Source: an uncultured Actinomycetota bacterium
Lineage (GTDB): Bacteria; Actinomycetota; Actinomycetes; S36-B12; UBA10799
Length of the DNA: 64,000 bases
Assembly (NCBI GenBank): GCA_963732355.1
Contig: CAVSZD010000011.1
Span: 1,645-65,644 of the forward strand
Direction of reading: 5' to 3'
In this document: piece by piece, positions 22,001-32,031 of the stretch
Layout of the letters: the number at the start of each line of letters is the position of its first letter
Position numbering within the stretch: the first letter of the stretch is position 1
Position numbers and translations under genes: made by a program
The notes under the pieces: model-generated
What the model was told of the DNA's origin: nothing
What the model saw: the letters and a program-made list of their open reading frames with translations, nothing else
The model's database searches: none

Positions 22001-23138
22001 TCAAGCAGTGACTTTGAAGACGACCATCTTGGTCTTCTTGGCGCGCGTGACCTTGAGTTTGCAGCGACCATTTCGCAGCACCTTCACCTTGGTCTTCTTG
22101 CCCTTGCCGACGATCTTGCACACCTTCGGCGACTTGGATACGACCTTTTGGGCGCCCTTCGCCTTGGCCGGGAGCGCGATGACCCGGGTCACGCTGGCCT
22201 TGGATGCTTGGGCTGCGGACCACGAGGGCGACGAACCGCCGGGGACCAGCAGTTGCGGCTGCGCATCGCCAGCGAACGTGCACATGCCGTCCGGAGTCAC
22301 GCCATCTGGCTTGGCGCTGAAAGCCACGCCGTCGGAGTTCTCCCACACGAAGATACGCCCCATCTGGCGAGAAGGACGGGCTCTGCGGTTTGCTAGCAGG
22401 CACCGTGCACTGACCCGTCGGCTTCACCGTCAGGGAGTTCCCGGACCGGGCCAACGGCACCCAGTCGAGGTAGTCGTCGGTAGTGGTCGACCCGACCACG
22501 AGCATGGCGTCACCTGCCCTGGTCACCTCCCCAGCGGTCCACGACAAGTCCCCATCGTGAAGCAGGATCACGGTCGGCCCGGATGCTGACATCGGGTCAG
22601 CGATTCCCACATCTCGGCCGTTGGAGACGATCAACATCTCATTCCACCAATTCGGACTGAACAACCCACACCAGTTGCGCAGGTTGACCGTGGCGCCGGG
22701 CACGGTGATGCCGACGCACGTACCGGTGGTCCAACTCGGGTAGCCCGAGAACGTGAGGTACGAGTACGCGATCTGGTTGCCTGCCGGATTGGCCACAACC
22801 TCCGCCAGCCCCGATGGCAGCCCACCTCGGTCCATGTAAGGGATGCCGCTGTTCAGCAGTTTCCCCGACTTTGGGTCGTACTGCTGAGCCGTGCTGGCAG
22901 GACCTCGCACCGTGAGCAGGCTCCCCGCGTCATTGAGCGACGGGCTGCCGTAGTTGGACTCCGGCGTCCCGTTGGCAGTGAGTTGGCGGGGACCCGAGGA
23001 CCCATCGGCCGGAATTGCCGACACCGTGAGGTCCTTGGTGTAGACGATGGTGCCGGAAGGCCCACCGTCGGCGGCCTGGACAGGTGCGCCCACTCCGGCG
23101 ATGACAACCGCGACGACCCCGATGATCATCGACTTCAT
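22001..23138 (-). CDS. Secreted TolB/PD40-like beta-propeller protein with basic C-terminal domain (frameshift ~22355)
   Basis: Signal ending VQA; GPRQLT, SPSFSPDG, SSPSWS repeats; ORFs 21858-23162 and 22001-22363 join. Confidence 0.7.
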
Positions 23139-23273
23139 TGCATCCCTCCCCAATCGCACCATTGGCAGGCACGCGAGGACTTCAACTATGGCCTACGAAC
23201 CGCCCGATCATGATCATCTTTTCGGACCAATTCGCGCCAGAGGCGCGCTCAGCGCAAGCGCGCGTCAGGCGCT

Positions 23274-23669
23274 CTAGGCCACAGCGGTGGCCTCGATCTC
23301 GACCAGCATCTCGGGGAACGCCAACCGCTGAACACCGATCAGCGACCCGGCGTACCGGCACCCGCCGTCCGCGAGACGGCCGGTGAACGCGTCGTAGTTC
23401 TCCAGGAAACTGTCAACGTCGGTGGTGAAGATGCTCAGCCGAACGATGTCGGCCAAGGTGAATCCGGCTTCACCGAGGACGGCCTCGAGATTGTCCAGGG
23501 CCAAACCGATCTGGCCGCGCATATCACCAGCCATCACCGCCGCGCCCCGCTCATCGTTGGCGGCCTGCCCGGAACAGTAGAGCGTGCGCTGAACACCGCT
23601 CACCTCGTTCGCCTGGACGTATCCGAATCGGTCCTGCCAGGTCCAGGGGTTGATGATCCTTCGCCGCAT
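23274..23669 (-). CDS. RidA/YjgF family protein
   Basis: LYCSGQ, ALDNLEAVL, LAFPEMLVEIEATA. Confidence 0.9.
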   Translation of the reverse strand: MRRRIINPWTWQDRFGYVQANEVSGVQRTLYCSGQAANDERGAAVMAGDMRGQIGLALDNLEAVLGEAGFTLADIVRLSIFTTDVDSFLENYDAFTGRLADGGCRYAGSLIGVQRLAFPEMLVEIEATAVA

Positions 23670-23688
23670 GTGTCCTCTCCGAACGTCT

Positions 23689-24513
23689 TCAGGAAGTGAC
23701 CTGGCCAGACCTGCTGGCAGGCTCGGCGACGGCCCCGACCGGCGAGCCGAGGTTCAGCCGCGACTGGAAGTCATGGGTGGTCAATAGGCTCAACGGCCGC
23801 GCACCGTCCATCCCAAGCCGGCGCAGGGTCTGGGCCATGGGGTGTTGGCCATCGCCGATCCTCAACGCGACCCCACCCCCTGCGCGCAGGGAGTTGCCGC
23901 CTCGGACGTTGACCGTGGTCCGCAACATCGCATCGTGTAATTCCGAATACAGGACGATGGGCAAGCTGGGCGCCGGCACCCCGATCCCAGCCCGGCCGGA
24001 CAGCTCCATGATGGGTTCACCGCCCGTAGGGTCGTCGACTCGCACAAGCACGTCGCGCCCGGAGTGCCTGACGTCCATCGACGTCACAAACTTGGGCAGC
24101 CCCCAGACCTCACGGCCCGCTGCGTTCGCCGCCGCGGTGGACACGGGCAGGTGCAATACGTGGTAACCGAGGTCGCGCCCCTTACTGTCCACATCGCGCA
24201 GCACCTGTGGCCAGCGGTTCCCGGACGGAGCATCGGCGGGCACGACGGGAATGGCGATACCCACTTCGAAGTACGGACCGATCGAGGTCACGCGGTAGTC
24301 GTACCCCGCGATGAACGCCACCGAACTCCCACCCCTGGTCATCGCCAGCCGCAGCCCTTGGTCGCGTACCTCAGCGTCGGCGGCGTCGCGGTCCACCATG
24401 AACAGGGCAACGACAACGCTGGTGTCGTAGTAGAGGATGGGGAACTCCGCAGGACCCTCACTGGTCTCAAGGGTCGTGCGCGGAACAGCGAAGAACGGTC
24501 CCTTTTCCTTCAT
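23689..24513 (-). CDS. Acetoacetate decarboxylase-like family protein
   Basis: YDYRVTSIGPYFEVGI, LPVS, GREVWGLPK (Schiff-base Lys motif). Confidence 0.85.
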   Translation of the reverse strand: MKEKGPFFAVPRTTLETSEGPAEFPILYYDTSVVVALFMVDRDAADAEVRDQGLRLAMTRGGSSVAFIAGYDYRVTSIGPYFEVGIAIPVVPADAPSGNRWPQVLRDVDSKGRDLGYHVLHLPVSTAAANAAGREVWGLPKFVTSMDVRHSGRDVLVRVDDPTGGEPIMELSGRAGIGVPAPSLPIVLYSELHDAMLRTTVNVRGGNSLRAGGGVALRIGDGQHPMAQTLRRLGMDGARPLSLLTTHDFQSRLNLGSPVGAVAEPASRSGQVTS

Positions 24514-27041
24514 CGTGGCCTCCCTGGCTCAGCGGATCGATCGAACCGGTCCTGGATGTCCTCCATCAGGGCCAAGCGGTTGATCTGGTTTGTGCCTTCA
24601 AAGATCTGCGTCAGGCGAGCATCCCGCCACACCTTCTCGAGGCTGTTGCCGTGCAACAGGCCGTTCGGACCCAGCAGGTCAAGACACTGGTCGATGACCT
24701 GCATGGCGGTATCGGTGGCATGGAACTTGTTCATAGCCGAGACGCCCTGGCTGACCTTCCAGGTCCCCGCGGACTGCCAGACCTGAGCCCGGATGCTGCT
24801 TGTGGCGGCTATCGCATCGGCGAGCGCCAACTGGACACTCTGCTGGCCGATGATGGCCCGACCGCCCGTAGTTGTGCGCAAGGCGTAGTCCATCGCGATA
24901 TCGCACGCCGCCTGGGCGAAACCCACGGCCATCGCTGCCACCGGCAGACGCGAGAGATTCAGGGTTTGCCGATTCAACGCCCAGCCCCCGCGGACCCGTC
25001 CCACGACATCGGCGTCGGGGACGAACACGTCCACGAACTCGAGTTCAGCCGCTCCAGAGGCGCGCATGCCCATCTTCAACTCGGTGCGCACCGGACCGAA
25101 ACCTGCGGCGTCGCGCTCGACGAAGAAGCAGGTCCATGACTCGAAGCCCTCGCCCTCAAGTGCGGCGAACACCGTGTACCCCTGCGCAATATCGCCGCCG
25201 CTGATGTACACCTTGCGACCGTTCAGGACCCAACCACCGGGCGCCCTGCGCGCGATGACCCCGGGTTTGGCCAGCGACGCCCCATGGCCCTCCTCAACAT
25301 CGGAGCCGGCGCCGGGTTCGGTGATGGCGAAGGCGAACACGTACGGATCGCCGGACATGCTGCGACGTATCCCGGGCAGCAGACGACGGGAGATGATGCG
25401 CGGGTCGGCGCTGAGAATGAGAGGCGCCTGACCGAGCATGTTGGCCGACAGCAGAAGCATCAGACCACCGTCGACGCGGGCGAATTCCTCGACCTTGAGG
25501 CTGGCCGCAAACGGCAGCGGGTGCCGGGCGACCATGGGCGACCCGGAACCGATCGGCTTGGGCAGGATGTCCGAGAGCCACCCACCTCGCCCTGCCGTCT
25601 TTAACAGCCGTTCAAGCGGCGGCGGTGTCTGCCCGACCGGCCAGTGGGGCAGACGGTCCATCTCCAGTGCCAGAGGGGTCAACTGCGTGCGCGCGAACGT
25701 ACGGGCCCGCCGGCGCAATGCCTGCAGACCGCGGGGAAGTCGGCGGGTCTGCGCCTCCCACAGAGTCGCCGACGAATCGGCAAAGATGGCGTGCAGAGTC
25801 TTGGGCAGCCCGGCATCGACCGAACGGATGGACAGCGGGTGCCCGACGGGAAGTGCACCGTTCTTGGCCGAAGCAGTATCGCCGCCGGTCGGGTCGTCGA
25901 GCTCCGCACAGCGCAAAGTGAGCTCTGGCGGCGATCCGGCCAGCCGCCTAAGCGAGTTCAGGTCGCGTTGGTCGCGCTCCACACCGACATCACGCATGTA
26001 ACCCAGGCCCCCGAAGACCTGCAGCGCGTCATTGCCGGCAGCGGTCAGCAGCGGGTGGCATTGTGCGCGGGCACGCCAGACAGCAAGCAGCCGCGGCAGC
26101 CCGGAATCCATGCCCGCTGCATGGTCCAGCAGCGCCTGCGTGGTGACCACGGCGTTTTCTGCTCGCGAGAGAAGCTGCGCTACCGCGTCATGACGCCCGA
26201 TCAGCTCGCCCCCCTGCCGCCGGGTCTGCGCGAAAGTGCGAGCCCGAGCGATGCTGCGGCGTGCGGTTGCGGCCGCGATCGTCAATAGCCCCAGCGCGTG
26301 GACAGTGAGAGTGTCCACCAGCGGCACCGCAGTCTGAGAGCTGTCGCCTTTGGCGGTGCAAAGCGAGGTCTCCAACTCGTCGAAGCCATGGCTGTCCGGC
26401 GCCGGCTGCACCAACAACTCAGCTCGGGCGGTCCGGACCAGTTGAAAGCCCTGGCTGGACCACTGCAACCACCACACGGCATCCCACCGTCCGGGGGCGA
26501 TCAGCAGCCGCGGGCTTTTCGCAGGCGCGCCCCAGACGTCCTTCAGAAGACTGACGTCGTCGGCGCCGAGATTCCGGCCGGCCAGGACCGCGCCCATCGG
26601 TCGCGCTGCAACACCGGGACCGCCCTCCAGCGTGATCACGCTCTGTTGACCGATGACGCCCACCTGGCGGTCAAGCCCACCTGCCACCGCGCGCACATGG
26701 GCGGCCAACGCAAGGCCCGGCGAATCCTCGGCCACAACCGCGAGCTGGTCCATTGACAGCCGGCACGAGGCGGGGTCGTGCGGGTCGTCCCACAGACCGA
26801 GGCCGGGGTCGCCGTCCCCAGTGAGCAGCCCGAGCTCGCCCATCTGATCAAGCAGGGTGTCCACCGTGCCGACGGGGAGCGGGCTCTCCGGCCGTTCCAC
26901 CAATGGGCGGACCTGGCCATGCGAGAAGTCACGCACCGCATCGAGCAGTGCATGCAGTTCAACCGCATCGGTCTGCGCCAGAGGACTTCGCTGCTGGTTG
27001 GTCCGCATCACCGCTGGTCCTGCCCCTGTCGTCATCTCCAC
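24510..27041 (-). CDS. Double-module acyl-CoA dehydrogenase (degenerate N-module plus complete C-module)
   Basis: N-module RRQGG, LQVFGGLGY; C-module FAITEPGAGSD, LNGRKVYISGG, KMGMRAS, RDARLTQIFEGTNQI. Confidence 0.85.
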   Translation of the reverse strand: MEMTTGAGPAVMRTNQQRSPLAQTDAVELHALLDAVRDFSHGQVRPLVERPESPLPVGTVDTLLDQMGELGLLTGDGDPGLGLWDDPHDPASCRLSMDQLAVVAEDSPGLALAAHVRAVAGGLDRQVGVIGQQSVITLEGGPGVAARPMGAVLAGRNLGADDVSLLKDVWGAPAKSPRLLIAPGRWDAVWWLQWSSQGFQLVRTARAELLVQPAPDSHGFDELETSLCTAKGDSSQTAVPLVDTLTVHALGLLTIAAATARRSIARARTFAQTRRQGGELIGRHDAVAQLLSRAENAVVTTQALLDHAAGMDSGLPRLLAVWRARAQCHPLLTAAGNDALQVFGGLGYMRDVGVERDQRDLNSLRRLAGSPPELTLRCAELDDPTGGDTASAKNGALPVGHPLSIRSVDAGLPKTLHAIFADSSATLWEAQTRRLPRGLQALRRRARTFARTQLTPLALEMDRLPHWPVGQTPPPLERLLKTAGRGGWLSDILPKPIGSGSPMVARHPLPFAASLKVEEFARVDGGLMLLLSANMLGQAPLILSADPRIISRRLLPGIRRSMSGDPYVFAFAITEPGAGSDVEEGHGASLAKPGVIARRAPGGWVLNGRKVYISGGDIAQGYTVFAALEGEGFESWTCFFVERDAAGFGPVRTELKMGMRASGAAELEFVDVFVPDADVVGRVRGGWALNRQTLNLSRLPVAAMAVGFAQAACDIAMDYALRTTTGGRAIIGQQSVQLALADAIAATSSIRAQVWQSAGTWKVSQGVSAMNKFHATDTAMQVIDQCLDLLGPNGLLHGNSLEKVWRDARLTQIFEGTNQINRLALMEDIQDRFDRSAEPGRPR

Positions 27042-27110
27042 CGCAGATCATGTCACCTATAGAGTCGTTAGGTCGCGGTATTGCGGCAACCGCTGTGCGG
27101 GAGGTTCTTG

Positions 27111-28326
27111 ATGAGCGCGATCGTGGTTCTGGGCGGTTGCGGCGGGATCGGAAGCGTCGCATCCCGCGCCCTCGCGGCCGCCGGTGAGGACGTTCTGATC
27201 GCCGACCTCGACCTGGGACGTGCGCAGGCGCTCGCCGACGAACTCGACAGTACGTGCCGTCGCGGTCGACGCGACCTCCCGCGAGTCCCTCGCCGGAGCG
27301 ATGCAAGGCGCGGCCGTGGTGGTCAATTGCATCGGGCCCTTCTACCGGTTCGGGCCGCCCATTCTGGCCGCCGCGATCGAGGCCGGCGTGGACTACGTCG
27401 ACGTCTGCGACGACCTCGCACCCACCCGGTTGATGCTCGAGATGGACGACGCCGCTCGCGCTGCCGGCGTCACCGCGCTGCTTGGCATGGGCAACTCCCC
27501 CGGCATCGCCAACGTGTTCGTTCGACTGTGCGCGGATCAGTTGCTCGACCAAGTCGAGACCGTCGACATCATGCATGTGCATGGCGGCGAACCCGAAGAG
27601 GGTGCCGCAGTGCTGAAGCACCGGATCCACGCGATGGTCAATCCGGTACCGCTGTTCGTGGACGGCGCGTTTCTGGAGGTTCGGCAACTCCATCCGGACG
27701 GTCAAGCCTTCGTGCGCGAGTTCGACTTCCGTGACGTGGGGACCATGCCGGTCTTCCCTTACCCGCATCCCGAGACCATCACCCTCCCGCGGGCTTTCCC
27801 CGGGTTGCGCCGTGCCACGAACCTGGGGGTGATCTTCCCCTTGGCCTACTTCGAGCGCACCCAGGATCTGGTCCGGGCCGGCACCTGCAGTGAGCAGCCG
27901 CTGTCGGTGGCAGGCACCGAGGTCGTACCGCTCGACCTCAGCGTGGCACTGCTGCAACAGCAGCGTCCGGGGTTTCTCGAGGCCGCCGGCGTCACTGGGC
28001 CGGCCGGGTGCCTGGCAGTTGAGGTGGGCGGGGTCAAGGACGGCGAACAGCACCGCTTCGTCTTCCAACTGTCCTCGCGCGCCGCAGGCGCCGGGGAAGG
28101 CACCGGGATCCCCGCGGCAGTCGGAGCGCTGCTCATGAAACGGGGCAAGGTTGCCGGACCTGGTGTGGTGCCGCCAGAAGCGGGCGTGGACCCCGTGGAC
28201 TTCCTGCCGCTGGCATTCGAGACCATGGCCCGGCTTAACGTCAGCGCAGGCGGGGAGTCCGGGATCGTGCACCTGGAGCATTTCGGTCCGGACGGGTCGC
28301 GGGACGTGATCCCGCTAGGACTGTGA
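27111..28326 (+). CDS. Saccharopine dehydrogenase-family oxidoreductase (frameshift ~27250)
   Basis: IVVLGGCGGIG Rossmann motif, VVNCIGPFY, YVDVCDD, GMGNSPGIAN, HPETITLP, TGIPAA. Confidence 0.85.
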
Positions 28327-28367
28327 CTCGCGCCGGCCGACGACGACGCCGCCGCGGATTCGTCCTG

Positions 28368-28435
28368 GTTAGAGGTTGTGCTGTTGGTTAGCGAATCCAC
28401 GCGTGTTTTTGCTAACCAACAGCGCAACCTCTAAC
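28368..28435. repeat. REP/REPIN-like palindrome, copy 2
   Basis: 28-bp arms with two G-T wobbles and a 12-nt loop; homologous to 9358-9429. Confidence 0.9.
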
Positions 28436-28442
28436 GGGGGCA

Positions 28443-28850
28443 CTACTGGGCACTCGCGGCCTGCGCCCGCCTCGCGCGCCAACCGGACCACGCCCCCGTG
28501 CACCACAATGCCCACACCACGAGCACGGGCTGGAACAACAACCGGAGCGCCCGCGCCGCATCACTGTCCAGACCGAAGGCGTCCGTGCCAGTCAGGAACT
28601 GGGAGATGTTGCCGGGGAAGATCACGATGAAGAACCCGGCCAGCAACCAACCAACCGGTTCGCGCCAGCGCGGAACAAACACCAGCGCCGCGGCGAAAGC
28701 CAGTTCGATCACCCCCGATACCGCGATCACAAGTTCAGGAGCAGGCATCCAGGTCGGCACTTGTGCCCGGAAGGTGTCGGCCGCAGCGAAGTGGCCCACC
28801 CCGGCCACCGCCAGGAATGCCGCAAGCACCCAGCGCGCGACAGCACGCAC
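28443..28850 (-). CDS. DoxX-like membrane protein
   Basis: AGVGHF, VPTWMP, SGVIEL, IFPGNI, RLLFQP. Confidence 0.8.
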   Translation of the reverse strand: MRAVARWVLAAFLAVAGVGHFAAADTFRAQVPTWMPAPELVIAVSGVIELAFAAALVFVPRWREPVGWLLAGFFIVIFPGNISQFLTGTDAFGLDSDAARALRLLFQPVLVVWALWCTGAWSGWRARRAQAASAQ

Positions 28851-28855
28851 CCTAC

Positions 28856-30400
28856 TCAGCCACCGTCATAGGTCGGCAGGTTGAGCTTGATCTTCGAGAA
28901 CCGCACCGATCCACTCTTCGGGAACACGTTGTAGGCGCTGCTCTGTGCCACGATCTGCAGCGTGAGGCGTTGCCCCTTGCGGATGTCGAGACTCACCGCC
29001 TCCAGCGGGATCGTGATGGAGCGCCGCTTCCCATCCAGGATCACCGGGACCGGTGTGATCTGGTTGCCGACCACCTTGTCCCGATCAACCAACTGGGCCA
29101 GGACCCGTACCTTCTTACTCGGCGAAGTCCCCTTGTACACCAGCCGCAACTTCGGCGTTCCCACAACTACCGCGGCACGTTTCGCACGCACCGTGACATC
29201 TACTGCGCGCTTGGCGGACGCCGGGATGGTGGGACGCAGGACCAGGGAGAACGTCGGCGAGACCGATGACGGCAGCTCGCCGGTGTAGGGCCCGGAGCCG
29301 CCCTTGTCGCTCAGCTTGAGCCGACCCTTACCTTGCACCTGAAGTTTGCCTGTGGGGACCGGGTACTCGGCTGCGCTGCGGTAACGGCCGCGCTGGTCGA
29401 CCCACGTGAAGCCGGGGCCTGTGTCCACCGAGGTGTCGCCCTTGAGGTACTTGCTGAGCCACAACCAGGTCTGCTGAACTGGCAGGTTCTGGTCACCGGC
29501 CTCGGTCAGGCAGATCCCGTGCCCCCCGCAGAACCACACCATCTTCAGCGGCACCCCGTTGGCCTGAAGTGCCTTGTAGTTGGCGATCGCCTCTGAGGGT
29601 GGGAAGAGATTGTCGACCGTGCCCTGCAGGATCAACGTCGGGATCTTGATCTGGGACAGAACCTGGTCGGGTCCGGCAGCCTTCGCGAAGTTGATGACTT
29701 CGGGGCTGAATGTCGAACCCTTACGGGACTGGGTACGGCCCTTGAGGATGGACGGGCTGAACGTGTTGCCCGGACGCGTGGCCCCGACCATGAGCGCGTT
29801 GACCCAAGAGGTCTTGATCGTGTCGTTCTTGTACAAGCTGGTCTGCAACGAGTTCCACGCGATCACCGGGACGATGACGTCGACGCGTGTGTCGATTCCC
29901 GCCGTGGAGAACTGGATCCCGCCACCGTAGGAACCACCGGTCATCCCGACCCGCGGATCACCTGGTGCGTCGAGCTGCGCCTGCGACTGCTCGGCCACCC
30001 AGCTGATCAGCGCCGAGACGTCGCGGCCCTCGTAGTCGGGGTTGTTGAGTTGGGCCTGGCCTCCCGACGGAGAGATACCGCGGGGGTTCCAAGTCAGAAC
30101 GTTGTATCCGGCCTGGCGCAGATCGCCGACACCCGGGATAGACCCGCCGCCCTTGGCATCCGGGTTACTCTGCGCCTGACCACCGAATCCGGGACCCTGC
30201 AACACCGTCGGAGCGCTCTGCCCATTGGCCAGCCCGATCGCCGGGAACCAGTAGAAGGTGATGGGTGTCCCGTCGAACGAGGTGATCGTGTTGTAGTCCT
30301 GCGCCTGCGCCGGAGTGGACACCAGCACTGCGGTGGCTGCGACAAGCCCACCCGCGACAACCCCCGCGAGTACGCGGGGCATCAATCCTTGAACTGCCAT
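28856..30400 (-). CDS. Secreted CocE/NonD (peptidase S15-like) hydrolase
   Basis: Signal ending AQA; TSFDGTPI, WNPRG, GGSYGGG, QGTVDNLF, WFCGGHG; SD GAGGAAGG before ATG 30400. Confidence 0.85.
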   Translation of the reverse strand: MAVQGLMPRVLAGVVAGGLVAATAVLVSTPAQAQDYNTITSFDGTPITFYWFPAIGLANGQSAPTVLQGPGFGGQAQSNPDAKGGGSIPGVGDLRQAGYNVLTWNPRGISPSGGQAQLNNPDYEGRDVSALISWVAEQSQAQLDAPGDPRVGMTGGSYGGGIQFSTAGIDTRVDVIVPVIAWNSLQTSLYKNDTIKTSWVNALMVGATRPGNTFSPSILKGRTQSRKGSTFSPEVINFAKAAGPDQVLSQIKIPTLILQGTVDNLFPPSEAIANYKALQANGVPLKMVWFCGGHGICLTEAGDQNLPVQQTWLWLSKYLKGDTSVDTGPGFTWVDQRGRYRSAAEYPVPTGKLQVQGKGRLKLSDKGGSGPYTGELPSSVSPTFSLVLRPTIPASAKRAVDVTVRAKRAAVVVGTPKLRLVYKGTSPSKKVRVLAQLVDRDKVVGNQITPVPVILDGKRRSITIPLEAVSLDIRKGQRLTLQIVAQSSAYNVFPKSGSVRFSKIKLNLPTYDGG

Positions 30401-30549
30401 TGACTGGGACCTTCCTCGTCTGTCGCAGCGCTGACCGCGATCACTGTTCCAGAGTCCTTTTGGGTACGACGTCTTGAAGAACGGAATGGATCCCCACAAT
30501 GCGCTCCGGGGAGTAGCGTTGATGCTATCCCCGCCTGCCGGGAGGCGCA

Positions 30550-31434
30550 ATGGCTCAGCATTCACGCTCCGCTCGCGCGATGGTCGGCATCGTGCTGGCG
30601 CTGTGGGGGATCACGATCGCGATCTTCACCTTCACTTTCTTGACCGGCAATGCAGGTCTGCAGATGCGTGTTGCAGGGATGGGCAGCATGGCTCTGTATG
30701 CCATCTGCGTGTGGCACTGCGTCGTCGTCCGCGGACCGAGAGCAACGGTCGGCTTCTTCTCCCTGACAGCCGTCCTGGCGTTCGTTGCGGAGTACCTCGG
30801 CGACAACTACGGATTGATCTTCGGCGCCTACCACTACACCAGCGGTTTGGGGCCAAGGGTTGGTGGCGTCCCGATACTGATCGTGTTCGTCTGGGGAACG
30901 GTTGTCTACAGCGCCTTCGCCATGGTCGACTGGCTCGCCGGCGGTCGGGGCAGGTTGAACCGGTTGCTCGACGCGCTGCTGCTCGGTTTGGCGACCGGGC
31001 TGGTCACCGCCGCCTGGGACCTGATGGCCGACCCGTTGTCCGTGTCGGGAGTCTGGAAAGAGGTCCTGGACAGGCAAGCCTGGTGGTGGTGGGTCGACGG
31101 CGGCCCATACCTGCCCGACCTGCAGGTATGGCAAGGCGGACAAGGCATCCCGCTGCAGAACTTTGTGGGCTGGGTCCTCGTGCCAGCAGTTATTGTCGCG
31201 GCATTCGCGCTCTTGTTCCCGGCTCCGGCCGAGCTCGGAGGCCGGGCGATCACCGCAGTTCCCGTGCTCATCTACGGGTTCCTCTTCATAACCCTGGCCT
31301 TCGGCCTGGTCGAGATGGCGTGGTTCGATCCCGGCCTGACCCAGGCCTTGCTGATCGGCACGTTCACGATGGGGCCGATCCTCATGGTCGCGCTGCTGGC
31401 GCTCTTCCGCCGGCAACCAAGCCTGCGCGACTAG
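30550..31434 (+). CDS. Carotenoid biosynthesis membrane protein (CruF-like family)
   Basis: AEYLG...FGAYHYT..LGPRVGGVP, WDLMADP, GIPLQNFVGW; SD GGAGG. Confidence 0.75.
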   Translation: MAQHSRSARAMVGIVLALWGITIAIFTFTFLTGNAGLQMRVAGMGSMALYAICVWHCVVVRGPRATVGFFSLTAVLAFVAEYLGDNYGLIFGAYHYTSGLGPRVGGVPILIVFVWGTVVYSAFAMVDWLAGGRGRLNRLLDALLLGLATGLVTAAWDLMADPLSVSGVWKEVLDRQAWWWWVDGGPYLPDLQVWQGGQGIPLQNFVGWVLVPAVIVAAFALLFPAPAELGGRAITAVPVLIYGFLFITLAFGLVEMAWFDPGLTQALLIGTFTMGPILMVALLALFRRQPSLRD

Positions 31435-31619
31435 CCGCCGAGAGTCTTGAACACCTCGTACACCATGAAGGCGGGCCAGAAGATCCCCTGGAAGAAGGCC
31501 CACACGTACTCCCAGAATGCGTCCGCCTGCTGGAAGAAGAACACCCAGGCCCCGAAGATCCCTAAACCGTAGATCGCGCCGCCACCAGCGGCCCCTGCGT
31601 TGGAATTCTTGCTGCTCAT
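31431..31619 (-). CDS. Small membrane protein (62 aa)
   Basis: SD GGAG; GGGAIYGLGIFGAWVFFFQQA...QGIFWPAFMVYEVF; good codon usage. Confidence 0.75.
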   Translation of the reverse strand: MSSKNSNAGAAGGGAIYGLGIFGAWVFFFQQADAFWEYVWAFFQGIFWPAFMVYEVFKTLGG

Positions 31620-31816
31620 GGCAACTCCCTGTCCACCTCCACCGTACGCCCGTATGTACCGCCTGCGAATCGCCCACGACACCACCTCACCTGAATCTGA
31701 AGACGACGCTGCGACAATCACTGAGAGGTGTGACATCTGCTCAGAGATATCCACAGGATCCTTATACATTTCCCCGAGCAGGCCGAAACTAGAAGTGAAC
31801 GGAAAGGAGGCCCGCC

Positions 31817-31963
31817 ATGGGGATCAGCCCGCAACTAGCCCTTTTCGTCCTCTTCATGTTCGCGGTCGTCCAAGCGACCCGGATCGACGAAGCCCGACAG
31901 AAGCGCCAGCACCAGCGCGCGACCACAGCCACGAAGCAAGAAGTTCCTCGCGAGTCCCTTTGA
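31817..31963 (+). CDS. Putative 48-aa single-TM small protein
   Basis: AAGGAGG SD 6 nt before ATG; MGISPQLALFVLFMFAVVQATRIDEARQKRQHQRATTATKQEVPRESL. Confidence 0.5.
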   Translation: MGISPQLALFVLFMFAVVQATRIDEARQKRQHQRATTATKQEVPRESL

Positions 31964-31990
31964 GGCTGCCCCTTCCCTGAAGACCCCATT

Positions 31991-32019
31991 TTGTATACAC
32001 TTTGGCTACCTGTATACAA
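31991..32019. promoter_or_regulatory. Putative GntR operator (two TGTATACA palindromes)
   Basis: TTGTATACA-N11-TGTATACAA directly upstream of an operon containing a GntR gene. Confidence 0.65.
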
Positions 32020-32031
32020 GGAGTCCTCATC

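Noticed and set aside
27240-27260. Programmed frameshifting at this and the other frame breaks
   Set aside because: No slippery heptamers or SSR tracts; the families are not known for recoding; the pattern fits sequencing indels.
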